Part shown: in pieces, positions 44,874 to 60,331 of the stretch
Position numbering within the stretch: position 1 is the first letter of the stretch
How the letters are laid out: every line of letters starts with the position of its first letter
Assembly (NCBI GenBank): GCA_964016885.1
Contig: OZ024740.1
Coordinates: 361,894,001 to 361,958,000, forward strand
DNA length: 64,000 nucleotides
Source of the DNA: Eledone cirrhosa
Lineage: Eukaryota
Reading direction: 5' to 3'
Translations under genes and position numbers: made by a program
The notes under the pieces: generated by a model
The model's input: the letters and a program-made list of their open reading frames with translations, nothing else
What the model was told of the DNA's origin: nothing
The model's database searches: none

Positions 44874-46064
44874 TATAAAATAAATGTGTGTGTTTGTAAG
44901 AGTGTTTAATTTCATGAGTGCGTGTGTGTTTGTAAAGGTACGTTTAGATTCATGTGTGCGTGTGTTTGGAAGGGTACAAATGAAGCTCATGTGTGCGTTT
45001 ATGTTTCGAAGGGTACATTTAAGCTTATGTGTACATACACGTGTGTATTTGTGTTTAGGTGTGAAGGAATATATAAAGAATAACTTTAGGTGTTAGGTAC
45101 TTCCTATGTAGTAGTTCCATTCTCAAGTTTTTTGTTCCTGTTATCATCGTTGATGTCTTCTTCAACACAGATATTCTCTTCACTTGTGTTGTTATCTTCA
45201 CATTCACTATTCTTATCATTTAAGTCGTTTTTTTTAAAAAAATTGTTGTGTTTATATATGTACATGTATCACCTTTTTCCTTCATTTTTTTCTTGTTCTC
45301 TCTGTGTTACTTTGCTAAATAACAGTGATAACTAGCCTACCACGGTATATTTCTTAATTTTGCAGTAAATAAATAAATAAACATAAAAATGGTTCTTTTT
45401 CCTATCTTAGCGAACTAACAAAATCAGAAACTAATGTAAAACTTAGCTGACTTTAATTTAAGTACAGCAGTAGCAGACTCTCAGATAGACCAAGAGATAG
45501 AGATAAAAGTGGGGGAAGAGAGAGAGAGAGAGACCTCATCCTACCGAAAGGTAATACTTTGCCATAGTACCTTCTGCTACCCCAGCTTTATCTGTATCTC
45601 TCTCTGACTCCAACTATTACCAACATCATCAGCACCAGCACAACAATCACTAGCATGATTAACGATTCTATAGGCAGTAAACCAGCTTAAATCTGTGTGT
45701 CACAACACTGTACACCAGTTCGACTTTTCTCACAAGAGCTACATGGTGATTACCTCTCTCACACTATAATACACTTAGTCTCTCTCAAAAAACAGAAAGA
45801 ACTCTCTAGTTCTTTGGACTCTGGTTTGCTCTTCGAAATTTTTTACAAATCTGAGGTTGGTAGGATTTCTATTCCATTACCCACATTTTACCTCTCCTTT
45901 CCTTAAACCTGTTGAAAATATTTAAAATATCAATTTTTTTATTACGTTCACTAAACTCTTATCAACAACTTTAAAGTTGGTTTGTTGTTATTTATTATCC
46001 ATATTTTTTATGTGTATGTATGATATATATATATGTATATATATATACACACATACATACACAT

Positions 46065-46206
46065 AATTTTGTTTCAAATCAAAGCGACTTCTAAAGGTCT
46101 AGTAATATTTCATTCTGTGGAAAAATCTCCAGGGAAGTTTCCTGGTGATTTCACAAGCTGAAACAGTACTAGTCCTGTAGAGGTCACTTCAATTTAAAAT
46201 AAAATT
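46065..46206. mobile_element. Old imperfect fold-back hairpin with a hammerhead-like 3' half
   Basis: Arms centred on CCAGG-gaagttt-CCTGG; right arm has T-GAAAC-A-GTA (46159-46168); lies between TA tracts. Confidence 0.55.
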
Positions 46207-46268
46207 AAGTATCCTTCTATTTGATGTATTGAGTACTTTAACTGTGTCCTTCTGCTCTTTAATGGAAA

Positions 46269-46325
<57 letters not shown>

Positions 46326-47609
46326 ACATTTTCCCATCACCTTTTTTTATTTCATCCTTCCTTCTCATATCTAATTTATTCAAATGTTAAATCATCTACC
46401 TATAACATGAGCAATTAAATTATAAATTTATCTTAAAATTTTAATTTAAGCATATATATATATATGTGTGTGTATGTGTATCAATTTATAAAATCCCCCT
46501 TTTTTTTTTTTTACCAAATTTGTATTTCTATATTAAGAATATTTGAGCATTACATCTTACCTTGAAGGTACATAACCAAGTTGTTAGGTTATTAGTCTCA
46601 TGATTGTATGGGGTCCAATACCTGGACCTGGTGATGCATTGTGTCCTTGAGCATGATACTTTTTTTTCATTTCTCAAGTCAACTTAGCTGGAAAAATGAG
46701 TTGTGATAACACTGGTACCAAGCTGTGCCAGCTTTTGCCTTTCTCTTATAGAGTGTATGTATTGTTTACATATAAATCACAATGACACTGGTGCCAAGGT
46801 ATATTGGCCTTTGTCTTTTTCTTGGACAATGTTGGTGGCATGGGAAGGGGAGAATTGCATGCATGATTGATTGCTGGTCTTCAACAAAACACTTTACTCA
46901 AGTTTGCAACTTGGAGTGGTACTCTCCAGGTGCAAACTGATGGTCAGTCATAACCGGAGAGAACCTACCATACCTTCCCTTATAACTTGATATTTTAGCT
47001 AAATAACAAAATTTAAATTCTCTCACTTCCATTCCTGAGTTTAGAAATAACCAAGATAAAAGCTGGATTAAGACCCTTAGAAGCCCTAAGCACTGAAAAG
47101 ATTATGGTACTGCCATATACTATATTGGAAAAAAAAAACTCCTATATACTATTCTGGAGAAAAAGTCCCATATACTGTACCTCTCTTTAATTGAGGCCCT
47201 AAGCATGTGCTTATTTTGCTTAATAGTTGATCTAGGGCTGGCCATGATATTCTATAATTTATTGGAAAATTTGTCAGGAATCTCTGATATCATAGCTATA
47301 AATTCCTTTATTAACTTATTGTTGGTTCACACTAGGCTATCCAGAACTCTATATCAGTTTAAGTAACACCTATTCTTTGATCTGTAATCCAAAAATATTT
47401 GTTTTTAAATTAAAAAAGATTTAAAATGCTCAACACTTTCAGAACTTTAATTAACTATATTTTTCTGGGGTGATATATATGTTTACCTTATACTGTCTCC
47501 TAGGGTATTTTACCCAATTTATTTAACAAATGTATTGTTAATAAATGCTTTGTGGCAGCTTTTCAGAATAAATGCAAATAGATTTCAAATTTTCAAATTC
47601 ATCCAGTAT

Positions 47610-47654
<45 letters not shown>

Positions 47655-47699
47655 ATATATATATGTATATATATATATGTATGTATATATGTATATATG

Positions 47700-47837
<138 letters not shown>

Positions 47838-49987
47838 AAACAATATTAGATCTAAATAGGCAATTTATTTAATCATATATTTTAGGAGATCTCTTGTTTG
47901 AAGAATTTCGTTATTGTCCTGTTATTACTTTGCCAGCAACAAACTTAAACCCCAAAGCCACTATTCAACAACAGTATAGATTTTTATTCTAAGAATAAAA
48001 CAGAATTGTAGTAATGATGTAATTGGTATTTCATACCAACAGATATACACACATACACACAACCACCCCCACATCACATCCATATCCTACCTAACACACA
48101 CACACACACACAATTTCAGTCTGCTAGTAACTCTGGTGTCTGATTAGTTAGTGCTCCACACATGTAGAGTTTCTACCTTTATAAGGGAAATGTGATAGGT
48201 ACAATGTGAAGCTGGTTTGCTTATTTTGAAACACTATATAGATCTCTTATGTTTACTTTTAGAATTCATATAAAGTTACATTACTTAAATGAAAAATAAT
48301 CTATTTGCTTGATAAATTCATATCATAAATTTATTTGCTCTAACTTCCTGTGGAAGGTTTCTTATAATACTTACTAAACACCAGATAAATATAAATTTGA
48401 AATACAATTCAATGAAACTAATGTAAGCATCTGAGTTTCTCATCACATCAAAATGACAAGCCCTCAACATGGGGCCATATTAATCATAAGGCTAACTAGA
48501 TTGAAACCTAGAAACCTAGAAGGGACAAGGAACCCATGGAAGTTTTTTTCTTTGCTGTAGTGTGGTGAAAGACTGAATCAGCAGAAGGATCCTGAAATAT
48601 CTGGAAAGCTAGGGGCTGATCAACATTTTTGTTGATGTAGTAGGATGGAAAAATTGGAATGCCAGTGAGGACTCAAAATATCTGAAAGCCTAAGGGCTCC
48701 ATTGAGACTAGGGGTCAATTGTTTTTGCTGTAGTGGAGTAAAAGGTTTAAGGGGCCAGATAAACCATGAAATGCCTGAAAATGTAGGGGTCTGGCCATGG
48801 ATTAATATGACTCTATCCTTATAGATTATTGATAAACATTACATCTAAGGCTAAGTGTATATTTTGTCCCTTCAAATTTCATCATGACATAATACCAGAT
48901 GAAACATTAATCATAATTACAAATTCTTTTATTTAAATGGTTTCAGTCATTAGACTGTATCCATATTGGGACACCTCCTTAATTCAGTTGATTATATCAC
49001 CCCAAGTACTTAATTATTCAAGCCTAATAGTTATTTTATCAATATTTTTTTGTTGAACTGCAAAGTTACAAGACAAACACAGGCACAAATTTAAATACAG
49101 ACACATATACACACATTATATTTATATAAGTGTATCATCATCATCATCATCATCATCATTTAACATCCATTTTCCATGCTAAACGATGATGATGATGATA
49201 TATATATATAAATATAATGATTGTATATGTGATATAATAATATATATATACATGCACAGAAACACACACACAATGGGCTTCTGTAGTTTCACAATACATT
49301 GGTCATCAAGCCAAGACAATATTAGAAGAGACTTGCCCAAGGAGCCATGCCACACAGCAGAACTGAACCCAGAACCATATGGTCACAAAGCAAATTCTTT
49401 AACCACACAACTATGTCTGCATTCCTTAACCACAGAACTATGTCTGCAATATTTATATTAGGAAGTCTAAGAACATAATGTTTAGGAAGTTAAAATAATT
49501 TTAAGCTCACTCTGCTTATTAAAAAAATAACAACAGCAACAACAATTACAAAATGCCTGGAAGCATATGCGAGACTGGATCTTCTGGTCTATTGCCAGAG
49601 ACAGAAAATTAGCCAAAAACTGTTGCTAGGGAAACAAAATTAACATAAACTTACAAGTCAATGGTATTATCGTTTCAATTCCTGCATTCTAATTCTAACT
49701 ATATATATTGCAACATTTTAATCCTCCCGCTATAAAGAAGATAGACTCAGACGAATACATGTATGTGTATGGACGAGTGTATATATATATATATGTGTGT
49801 GTATGGATATATGGGTGTGTGTATGTATGTTTGTAAGGATGGATCAGTGAATGTTTATGTGCATGGATGTATGTATGTATGCCTGTATGTGAATGTGTTG
49901 ATATCACGTGCATATCCCCAAACATATGCATGGCTATATCAAAATAATATTTACCTATAAATACCTTTGTATTATTTGAAGTACTAC

Positions 49988-50180
49988 AGGGCGGTGGATT
50001 GGCAGTATCGGTAGAGGGTCGGACGCCATGCTTTGACGCATAGAGTTACGGCCCTTGCCATTCTGAGTTCAAATCGCGCCGAGGTTAACTTTGCCTTTCA
50101 TCCTTACAGGGTCGATAAAATAAAGTACCAGTAATGTACTGGGTAATTTCTGGCCTTGTGCCAATAGTAGAAACAATTAT
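49988..50180 (+). mobile_element. Family A SINE, young, 16-bp TSD
   Basis: ATTATTTGAAGTACTA at 49971-49986 and 50176-50191. Confidence 0.92.
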
Positions 50181-50399
50181 TTGAAGTACTATTAGTTATC
50201 TATAGTTTTTTTGTTTCTTTTTGTAAAGCTGTTTAAAGATATACTATTTAGAAGAGAGCAAACTTGATATCAAATTTGATATCGTTTTCACATAATTCCT
50301 TTTTTCACTTTTAGCTCAATGTTTTTATTTCAACAAAATATCTGGGTTATATAAGCCACCAGCCTCCTCCCACCCTTGGACCAACCCAATGCAGAAAGA

Positions 50400-50567
50400 C
50401 AGGGCTGGCCTTAGGAGGTGTGGGGCCCAATTGCATGTTACATATATATTTGCAATATGTTATTATGTGTACCTGATAAGCTGAGAGTAGATTACTCTAG
50501 TGCAGGGTCTCCATCGGCATGGGGCCCAATTGGGAGTCATTAGTCCAATTGATTAAATCCAGTTCTG
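50400..50567. mobile_element. Degenerate hAT-type MITE
   Basis: CAGGGCTGG ... CCAGTTCTG ends with internal GGGGCCCAATTG repeats; similar remnants near 47.06-47.24 and 58.74-58.90 kb. Confidence 0.5.
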
Positions 50568-53500
50568 ACTGCAGAATCCAGCTAGTGGATTGAACTACTT
50601 TCTCTTTTCAAGGTTTAAGATTACATTGCCAAGATGGTCTCGGCAGCTTCTAAATTTCACATTTAATCTAATCCCCACTTAAAACATCTTAAATTTACTT
50701 TCCCACCTGTTGGCAGCATTCTCACTGCCATCATTATGGACCTGATACCATCAGAGACTGAAATCTTTTCATCTAGAAACCTATATTACTTACTGATTAT
50801 ATAAAACCTTATTTAACATTTGTGCAGTAAACTACCCCTAGCATCAATGAGAAAGCCTCTATAGTGACTATTAGAAATAACAGCTAAATTTTGTCAAATC
50901 CCATTGTACTATCTTAAAAAAAAAAAAGAATAGACATATTGGATAATGTATACCCAGATATGTATAAAATACTGTATTTTATTACTGGGCAGTGGTATTT
51001 GTATGGTGTGTCTTCAGTAGTTTCAGTTAGCTGTAATTCCAGAGTTTGTTAGTCAAATATTGGAATTTTGGTGGGTGATTGTGGTTCTAGTGAACTTTTG
51101 GCAGAATCGGTAGTGCATTTGACACCATGCATTGCAGCATAGTTATGGCACCTTATGTTCTGAGTTCAAATCCTGTCAAGGTTAGCTTTGTCTTTCATCT
51201 TCATGTGATTGATAAATTAAAGCATCAGTAATGCACTGGGTTGATTCAATCAATTTTTCCCTCCCCCAAATTGCTGGCCTTGTGCCTAAATCTGAAAACA
51301 TTATTTCAATGTTTAATATGTGGTAATTCTTGTAACCAGGTAATTCTATTTTGTATAATGTGTCTTGAGTAGTTTAGGTTTGTTGCTTTCCTCTGTGAAT
51401 TAATTATACTTTTTCTTTTAATCTTACATAAGATTTACATCTTACTTATATTTTATTGCTTTCACCCTCTCTCCCTTCTTTTGGTCTCACCCTCTTTTTC
51501 TTGCTCTACCTCTCCTCTCTCTCACTTTTGTCTCTCCCTCCCTCTTCTACTCTATAGATCCCTATACAATGTTCTTTTATTCGATCTCTTGCTTTCAACT
51601 ACTCCAGCATGTGAGTGGTTGGAAGTAAACAAAAATTGGAAAAAATTGTTGAAACTTTATAAAATGGATGAAATGATAAAAAAATCATTACATAATGAAA
51701 CAAAATTCATACCCTTAAAACATTTTAAATATCAAAATATTAAAACTTCATAAATATATTCTCCACTCATGAGAATTTCAAAAATGCACCATCTAAATAT
51801 ATGTTGATTAGCTCCTTGACTTAAACATGGGGTTTGGATTTTTGCCCATTTCTCAGACATGAAATAGGGGATTGGCTTATATTTGGTTCAGATTATGAGT
51901 GTATACAGTAATTACTGTATGTGTTCATGTAAAAGTTGAATTTTTGAGACTATTATTTGAAGTTAAATTTATGGGGTTGACCATTACATGGATACTTTTT
52001 GAGGGATTGAAATTCACACTTCAATCGAAAATATTGTAACAAGGAGAAGCTGAAATGGACACTAAATGAATAAAAAACAAGAAAGAAAAATGAGTTACAT
52101 TAATAATACCAATGTTTCCACACATGAAAGAACATTTCCTAATACCAAAATATAAATAAAGGCACATAATTCTATAAATATTTTCATTTGCATACATCAG
52201 GATATAATAGCATAGAGAAGTTAATTTTGTCATTGTAACATTTATGTTCAGGGTAATACCTCGATTCACAGTTGTTGATCTGTGAAGAATTAGGGTCAAC
52301 GTTTACATGGAGAAGACCAAATTCTTTTAAACAAAAATAGGGGTAATTTTTTTTCACGGGAATGACATTAACATGAGAGTATATGATACTTACATTTTAT
52401 AAAGTTTACATGTTTTTTGCCACATCAAATCATCATCTATATAATATGATATATCTGCTATTAAACCATATAAATGGAGAGAAATGCACTATGTTGAACT
52501 AATTGTGACCAGTAATCTTTTACTGCTTTCTGACATGAGACTGTGGCTATGCTGGGGCACCACCCTCATTTAGTCAATTTTATTACTCTATTCCAGTATT
52601 TATTTATTTAAAATCTGGTACTTATTTTATCGATCCCTTTGTTGTCAAACTGTTTGGTTACAGAAAATAAACAAAGACACAATGTAAAAATGGTCACACT
52701 CACACATACACAAGCATATTTATATAATGAGTTTCTGTCAACTAAATTCCACTCACAATGCATTGGTTGACTCAAGGATATAGTAGAAGACAATTGCCCA
52801 AAATGCTGTGTAGCAGGACTGATCCCATATTACATGATTGTGAAGTGAACACCTTAAATATAGTCATGCCTACATTTTGGAGTTGTAAATTTTTAATCAT
52901 TACTACAATTCCTCTGAACATATCTGCTATATATGTCTCCATTTCTAAATATTCATAATTCTATTTTAATATTATATTTTGAAGTATAATTACATAGATA
53001 TTCAGCATATATGTACAAATGAGATATAGAATTGAATGTATGTACCTTTGGATAATTAACTATTCACATGGTTAAATGTAACGGCCTTGTGAGTGGAAAA
53101 TGAAATACTTATTGTTGCAACATGAGCTAGGAAATATATTGTGTATATGTTTATATGCATGTGTATATTTATGTGTGTAATTTTTAAGGCGTTACACACA
53201 CACACACACACACACACTCACACATATTACACACTGTAAAGTGGTCGTGTAGGTGTCATGACTAAAAATACGCAGCCCACACTGTAAAATGGTAATGTAA
53301 GAGCCACGACAAAAAGCACCCAACACACTTGATTAATATCATTCTTTGTATATTGGTAATATCAATGTAAGTAGACATATGTGGAATGTTTATCCACTAG
53401 TACGTTCATTTCATGAACAGGTTGTGCTGTTGATCGAATGAACTGGAACACTTATTGTCAGAAGCAACAAAGGTCCAACATGGAATATGTAATTATGCAC

Positions 53501-55609
53501 AAAATTAGACTCTACACATCAGTTTGTATTAAAGGAAGGAAGTGGCATATTTCAACATTAAAATGACTAAACTATTGGAAAGATTACGATAAACAGGCAG
53601 GTCAGTTGGAAGAATTTGATGAAGACATTGGCTGTACTGCTATTCCTTTTAGACTAGCAAATATGTAGATCTTGAAAGAAGGCTATTTGAGATCTCAGGC
53701 TAGCTAATGGTATTTCACTTGGCAAAAAATCACAAAGAGCACTGAGACGTGATCTTGAGCAAGAATTTATATTCTTTTGTTTAAAGTCTTTCTAACTGAA
53801 TAGAAGCAGTAAGTCAACCATCAAATTGGACCAAGGAAAAAAGCATTTTCATTGCTGATACTATCTACCAGTCAAACTCCTGGCAGAAAGAGCAGTGTGA
53901 AATAAAGTATTTTGATCAAGAATACAACTCAACACCTGATGAAGGAATCAAACCTGCAACCTTATAATTGTGGGTCCAACATCACCATTAGGCCACAAAC
54001 CCAACTAAAGGTTAGTTACAAAGCTGTAATACCTCATATAAAGCCAATCTAAATAAAAGCACTGGATTAAATCCTACTGGTACTAATCAAATCTTATCCT
54101 ATTTGAGGAGTTATTTATATGCATTATGGAAAGAATCCCATTATATATAATTCTGCCTTTTATCAAGAATGCTGTGCTTCTTGTATGTAAAACATTCTTC
54201 TACACGAAAAGGAATTGTGTTTAAGGAGCTGCTTCAGTTGGCATTTAATCAGAACCTGTTTGCAATGTTGATTAAGAAATACATACAATCTATGAGGCAC
54301 ATTCAATAGCCTATGAAAGGAGTCCTCAAAACACTTCTGAGAAATATTCAAAAATATTCCACTTAATATAAATAATGACTTTGAGATGGCTCAACAAGTT
54401 TGAAAATTTGATAACAACAATAGTGAATTACGACTGTATTTCTATGAGAAGTGGTAAGTTGGCAGTCATTAGAACATTGGCTGGAATGCTTTGTGGTATT
54501 CTTTCTTGCTCTCTGCACTCTGAGTTCAAATCCTGCTATGGTCAACTTTGTCTTTCATCCTTTCGAGGTTGATAAATAAAGTATAAGTCCAGTACTGGGA
54601 TCAATGCTTCCTCAGTATCACTTCTATCATGCTTTCTTTCTCTGGAAGAAATCATCTGTGTTCAGACCTGGATGAGCTCTGTTACATTTAAAATGCAAAA
54701 CTGTACCCCTACAACTTCACCGAGAGTTAGGAGCCCATGGTCATGGCAATTGTATTTCTTTGAGAAGTGGCATTTAGTAATATCCAATTCATTCTTTTGG
54801 CAAAAATATCACAACTGGGTAAAATTGACAGGGTTGTCCTCAGAATTGGCATGGGCCTCTGTTGATTTTAACAATTAGTGTTTCAGTTGTTTTATCAATG
54901 GCCTGATTGTGAAATTAACATGTGAATGGTGGAGCATTCCACAGGTATGTGTATCTTTAACACAATTCTCAGGGAGATTCAGTATGTCACAGTGTATGTG
55001 ATAAGGTTAACCCTTTGAATCCTAGCTACAGTCTATCTGACATGTTTCCAAGCAGTTTCCATTTAACCAATTTCACTCACAAGGCATGGATCATCCTGTA
55101 GCTATTGTAAATGACACCTAGCCAAAATACCATGCAGTGGGATCAATCCCAGGATCCAATGACTGTGAAGTGAACTCTTTAACTTTTCTTCCAAGTTGTG
55201 TCCACGATTGAAAATGTAATAATAGTATTTTGTCATTGAAGAATGGTTTGTGTTGTGACAATATGCTTGGTTGTTGGCGTTAAGAGTTTCAGAAATCATT
55301 GTACGACAATGTTTCCACTGGCATCAATCCATCATTAAAGGAGCCTCCATTTTCAAAAGCAGAAGGGAGGAAGAAAATGACAACAATGAAAGATCCAATT
55401 TAATCAACCATGCCATCTACCTACACTCACCTGCCTTCTGAGTTACTCCATGTTCCATTCAAGATTTGGATTTAGTTATCAATGTTAATGTCCTAGAGAA
55501 GTTAATAAAATTGGAGGAACTAAATTCTTGGATATGAAAAACAGCCAACAACAAGACAATAAGAATAGCAAACCTTTAGGGCACCAGACAAATTACATTG
55601 CATTATTTA

Positions 55610-55798
55610 GCGGTGGATTGGCAGTATCGGTAGAGGGTTTGACGCCATGCTTTCCAGCATAGTTACGTCCCTTTATGATCTGAGTTCAAATCCCGCCGAG
55701 GTTGACTTTGCCTTTCATCCTTACGGGGTCGATAAAATAAAGTACCAGTAATGCACTGGGTAATTGCTGGCCTTGTGCCTAAAGTAGAAACAATTATT
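55610..55798 (+). mobile_element. Family A SINE, young copy
   Basis: Near-consensus sequence with ATTATTTAG flanking duplication. Confidence 0.9.
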
Positions 55799-56559
55799 TA
55801 GTCATGCCTATTAGTATTTAGTCCCTTATGTTCTAAATTGAAATCCCACTGATGTCAACTTTAACTTTTATCTTTCTGGTATTGATAAGATAGTTTCAGA
55901 TTCTATAGAACTGAAGCAGATGGAATGTAAATGTTTCCTAGTATAAAACGTCAGGCGTGTATTCATGTTTAAGTGAACTGAGGTGTAAGGAATTGTGATT
56001 TGCAAAGACACATTCAAACTCCCTTTACGGATATATTCATTCAGTTAAATTGTCTAATACATTAATCGTTCAGCAATTTCAATCCTGAGTTGTACAAATC
56101 ATCATTACTTCCTTATAAAGTGTATCCTTATGTATCACAGTAACTTAGAAAGTCAATGTGTTCAGACCTGGAGAGGGATGGTTTCCACCAGAATTAACAT
56201 CCTGAAAGACACGTCATGCGTCAGGACAGTACCCATATGACTGTCAGGAGTTAAGGGCTCTTTTATTTATTTCTATCTGACACTATTCCAGTTTAGGATG
56301 CCAGCCTGTTGACCGTCTCATCCTCAAAAGTTCTGATAATTATTTCTCAGAACCAGATAAGCTAATGTACATAGAATAAAGAGTCTTAAATATCCCACTC
56401 AAAGATTCATTATTATGCCACAAGCTGGTGTAAATCTCATGACCACCTGAGCTATAAAGATTACTTCTTGACCACCAAAGATTCCTCATCATCATCATCA
56501 TCATTATCATCTTCATTGTGCATCTGTCTTTCTATACTTGCATGACTTGAATGTGTCTA

Positions 56560-56900
56560 TTCCAGTATAGCCTCCCTCCAATTGTTCAGTTCTTTTATCT
56601 TCTCTATGAGGTTCAGCATCATTAGATCAGCTCTCACCACTTCAGCCAAAGTTTTCCTCTACTGCAGCTTCGTTTATACTGGAGTCTCTTGGCACTTTTT
56701 CATCCAATGATCAACATCCATATAAAACACATGTTCATACGAGCACAGACTTCTCTCTTGCACACTACATCTGTTTCCTCTAATATCCAGTTTTTCTCGT
56801 AGCTCATCCATACCCTGCTTCATGTACATTAGCATCAAACATCCATCGAAGCATGAATGCTTAATTTCTTTCCAGCCTTTGCATATCCCCGGATTCAATG
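56560..56900 (-). mobile_element. Old RTE-like LINE 3' remnant
   Basis: ELREKLDIRG..CSVQERSL..YEHV..MD.D.WMKKC resembles the RRLRW.GHV.RM C-terminal region; (ATG)n tail near 56486-56510. Confidence 0.5.
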
Positions 56901-57289
56901 CTATGCAACCATCATAAACTAACCTATCAGTTAGAGAGAGAAGCCCTTTACATCCTTTCTCTAACTAACCCTCTAATATATATGAAGGATAAAACTTACC
57001 TTATTGGTAATCTTGATATTATAGACATTATAGATATTTCTTGTATGTTTTTCCTGCAATGATCTATGTTTCCTGCTGATTGTATCCATACACCATGCAC
57101 TTATACAAATTGGTTCTATTCCTTTGCCTCTAGGCATTTAATGAATAGATTAGAGCAAACAACATACACTCTCACTTTATCCAAGCTCAATCTTTAAAAA
57201 TTGCTACCTTCAATAATCATCCCCAAATTCCTTATGCTACTTCTGAAAATCATCATTCTACTCTTTTCAAGACATTCTATTGTTCAATA

Positions 57290-57575
57290 CTATTCAGTAC
57301 ATCTGATCTATAGCTCAATACCTTTCAGTACATCTGATCTATAAATCAATACATTTTAGTACACAGTCTATAGATCAATATCTTTCAGTATATCTGATCT
57401 ATAGACCAATATCTTTCAGTACAGCTGATCTATAAATCAATACATTTAAGTACACAGTCTATAGATCAATATCTTTCAGTGCGGTCTACAGATCAATACC
57501 TTTTATCATGCCGTCTATAGATCAATATATTTCAGTACAGTCTATAGACCAATACCTTTCAGTTCATGCGACCTA
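57290..57575. repeat. ~26-31 bp minisatellite (TCTATAGATCAATACCTTTCAGTACA-like)
   Basis: About 10 diverged tandem units. Confidence 0.85.
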
Positions 57576-59343
57576 TACTCACCTTCAAAAGATCATTTGA
57601 AATCATTCTTTTGTTTTATTGACAGTGAGAACATTGATCCAATGCTAGAATAGAAATGAGCAAGATATGGATAGTTAGATTTAAGTCTAAACTAAAATAT
57701 TCGATCCGTGAAAGTATTTCATTTACATAGAACTGTAAGACACTATTTTGTAGTTGTACCTGTAGGGTAAGTGACTTGATCTGAGACTTAATATCGAAAC
57801 TAAAGCAATTACAGTGGGGAAGAGTCATTTTAGCCACAATTGTACTTGTATGACAAATGACTTGATCTGGGACTAGGTGTTGAAACTAAATAAAATACTG
57901 TGTAGAAGAGTCATTTTAGCCATTTAAAAAACACAAAACCTGTTAAATTTACTTTGTACTTATTGTTAATTTTTTGGTGTCAACATTTTTGTCACACTGT
58001 CTATGACCTGGTCACTGACAGTTCCATTGCAACTAAAACACTGTTTTGTAAAAAATGCCTTAAATTTGACAAGATTGAGTATAATTTTATTATATCTAAT
58101 AATTTGATCCATTGTGTTGTCATTAAAATATAGTGAAGGCATGTGGACAAGTTGTTAAGGTATTGAACTTGTGGGTTTGATTCTTGGACCAGATGGTGCA
58201 TTGATTCTTCAGCAAAATACTTTATTTCACATCATTCCTTCTGGTAGGAGTTGTGTCTAGCAGATAGTATCAGCAATGAAAACAACTATGGAAAAATGTC
58301 CTTGGCTCTAATCTGATAATCTGCAATTTCCTTTTCTTTCCATTGCTGGTAAAAAACTGCCACTAGATTCCATTAATTTTGTTAATTAATTTTAATGAGG
58401 ATTATTAAATAATAATTCTTTGTGTCCTGTGCTGCATTAGCAAGTCATTCTTGAAAATTCCCAAAACACCCTGCTCTGACTACATCACATTAAAAGTTAT
58501 TGTGTTTACTCTAATATTATAAATGTTCACTATGATCTCACTACGAGTAAAGATACTATAAGTATTTGAATTAACAAACTTGTTTATAGATATTTTCTGT
58601 GGAATATCACAGGGTGGTAAGAGTTAATGTGTGTGTGAGGGATTTCATAAAGATGTCAACATTATCAAAAGGTATATTTAAGTTGAAGTTGAAAACAAGC
58701 AAAACCAGTTATTTCTGCGACTGCTCAATGATGATTCAGAACAGGGACAGATTAAGCTTGAATGAGATCCCTGGCCCAACATTTCATTTAGCCCCTTGCA
58801 TACTATTTATGATAGCACAAAAAAAAAAAAAAATTAACTGGGACCCTTTAAATATTGTAGGGTCTTGAGCTACAGTCAAATCAGCCCACCTTCTTATCTG
58901 CCACTTATTCAGACTATAGGAATCTGGTCAATATAGGACTTATCCTTCCTAAATCTTGCTTACTGTGATCTTAACATGTGTCCTACAATGTTTTACAGTA
59001 TCTCAACAATGTTGCTTGCAAGTATCTTGCTTTGTACTGACGTGCATGATACTATATCAGTTCTTACTCTCACAAAGATGTACTCTTTTTGGTATTTTCA
59101 TCAGATGGCCTTTCTTCAATTCTCCAGGCTCCTTTCTTTCTTTCCCTATCTTTAATATGGAAAAAACTTTCCTTTGTGTGTACACTGTTCATGATGGGAT
59201 GAGTTTTATTTGGTTACCTTTGTAATCTACCTGGTTAACCATTTGCAAACTTGTTGGACATATAAAATAATATTGCAGCCACACTTCACCCCGGAGTAGC
59301 TTCAGCTACATTTTGGTACAGCTAATGTGATCTTGACCTAGAG

Positions 59344-59411
59344 AACGATAGACATGATATATCAGGGAAGAAATCTTAAGATTTCTTCCCTGCTATATCA
59401 CGTCTATCGTT
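59344..59411. repeat. 68-bp zero-loop palindrome
   Basis: AACGATAGACATGATATATCAGGGAAGAAATCTT|AAGATTTCTTCCCTGCTATATCACGTCTATCGTT, with two mismatches. Confidence 0.9.
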
Positions 59412-60144
59412 ATATCAATAAATATACTAGAATAACAATCTTTATTAATAAGCATATATTACATACTTATACTAATAAGCAGTACATATTTTAGAAATAA
59501 ACTATGATAAGAATATCACATAAATAAGCCGTGAATTAAAACAATCACTTACTTCTGCTTCATTGTTATTTTAAGAACTTGCAAATGTATACAAGAAGCC
59601 CACAGCCTTTCTGGTACTTGAAATTTTGACATTTAATATGCCAGCTGTCTATGTCGTTAGCTATGAGTAGCAGACAAAGCAGATCTCTAAATCAGGAGGA
59701 ACTAGCAGAAATGTGATCAGAATACTTTCAATACCGTTTATGTACAAAGGTGAGATGCAGAGGTACAGGCAGGATGATTCATTCGTTACACTGTGGCAAC
59801 AACCTATCTCAGCATTAAATCATAAAAAAGGCCAAGAATGTTGTTGTTTTTTTAAATTATCTTATTAAATAAAATTAAACCTTTCGTTACTCTATCTCTA
59901 ATGGATGGAGAGATGTAGTAATATAATTAATTTTCCGATTATCATGCTGGTGTTTGGACCATAACTTAATAAAGGCTCATACATAAAATTACGATGGAAG
60001 GTTTTTAGATAGATATAAACAATTTAGAATAACATTTTTATATTGTACAAGCAGGGGTGGTTAGAGACAGTTTGGTATCAAAATGTATGGAAAGATAAAA
60101 CATAAATGAATAGAAATTTAGCTAGCTTTTGTCTTCTTTTAAAT

Positions 60145-60331
60145 TAATTGTTTCTACTTTAGGCACAAGCCAGCAATTACCCAGTGTATTACTGGTACTT
60201 TATTTTATCGACTCCGTAGGGATGAAAGGCAAAGTCAACCTCGGCGGGATTTGAACTCAGATCGTAAAGGGATGTAACTATGCTGCAAAGCATGGCCTCC
60301 GACCCTCTACCGATACTGCCAATCCACCGCC
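60145..60331 (-). mobile_element. Family A SINE, young, 18-bp TSD
   Basis: GTCTTCTTTTAAATTAAT at 60131-60148 and 60332-60349. Confidence 0.92.
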
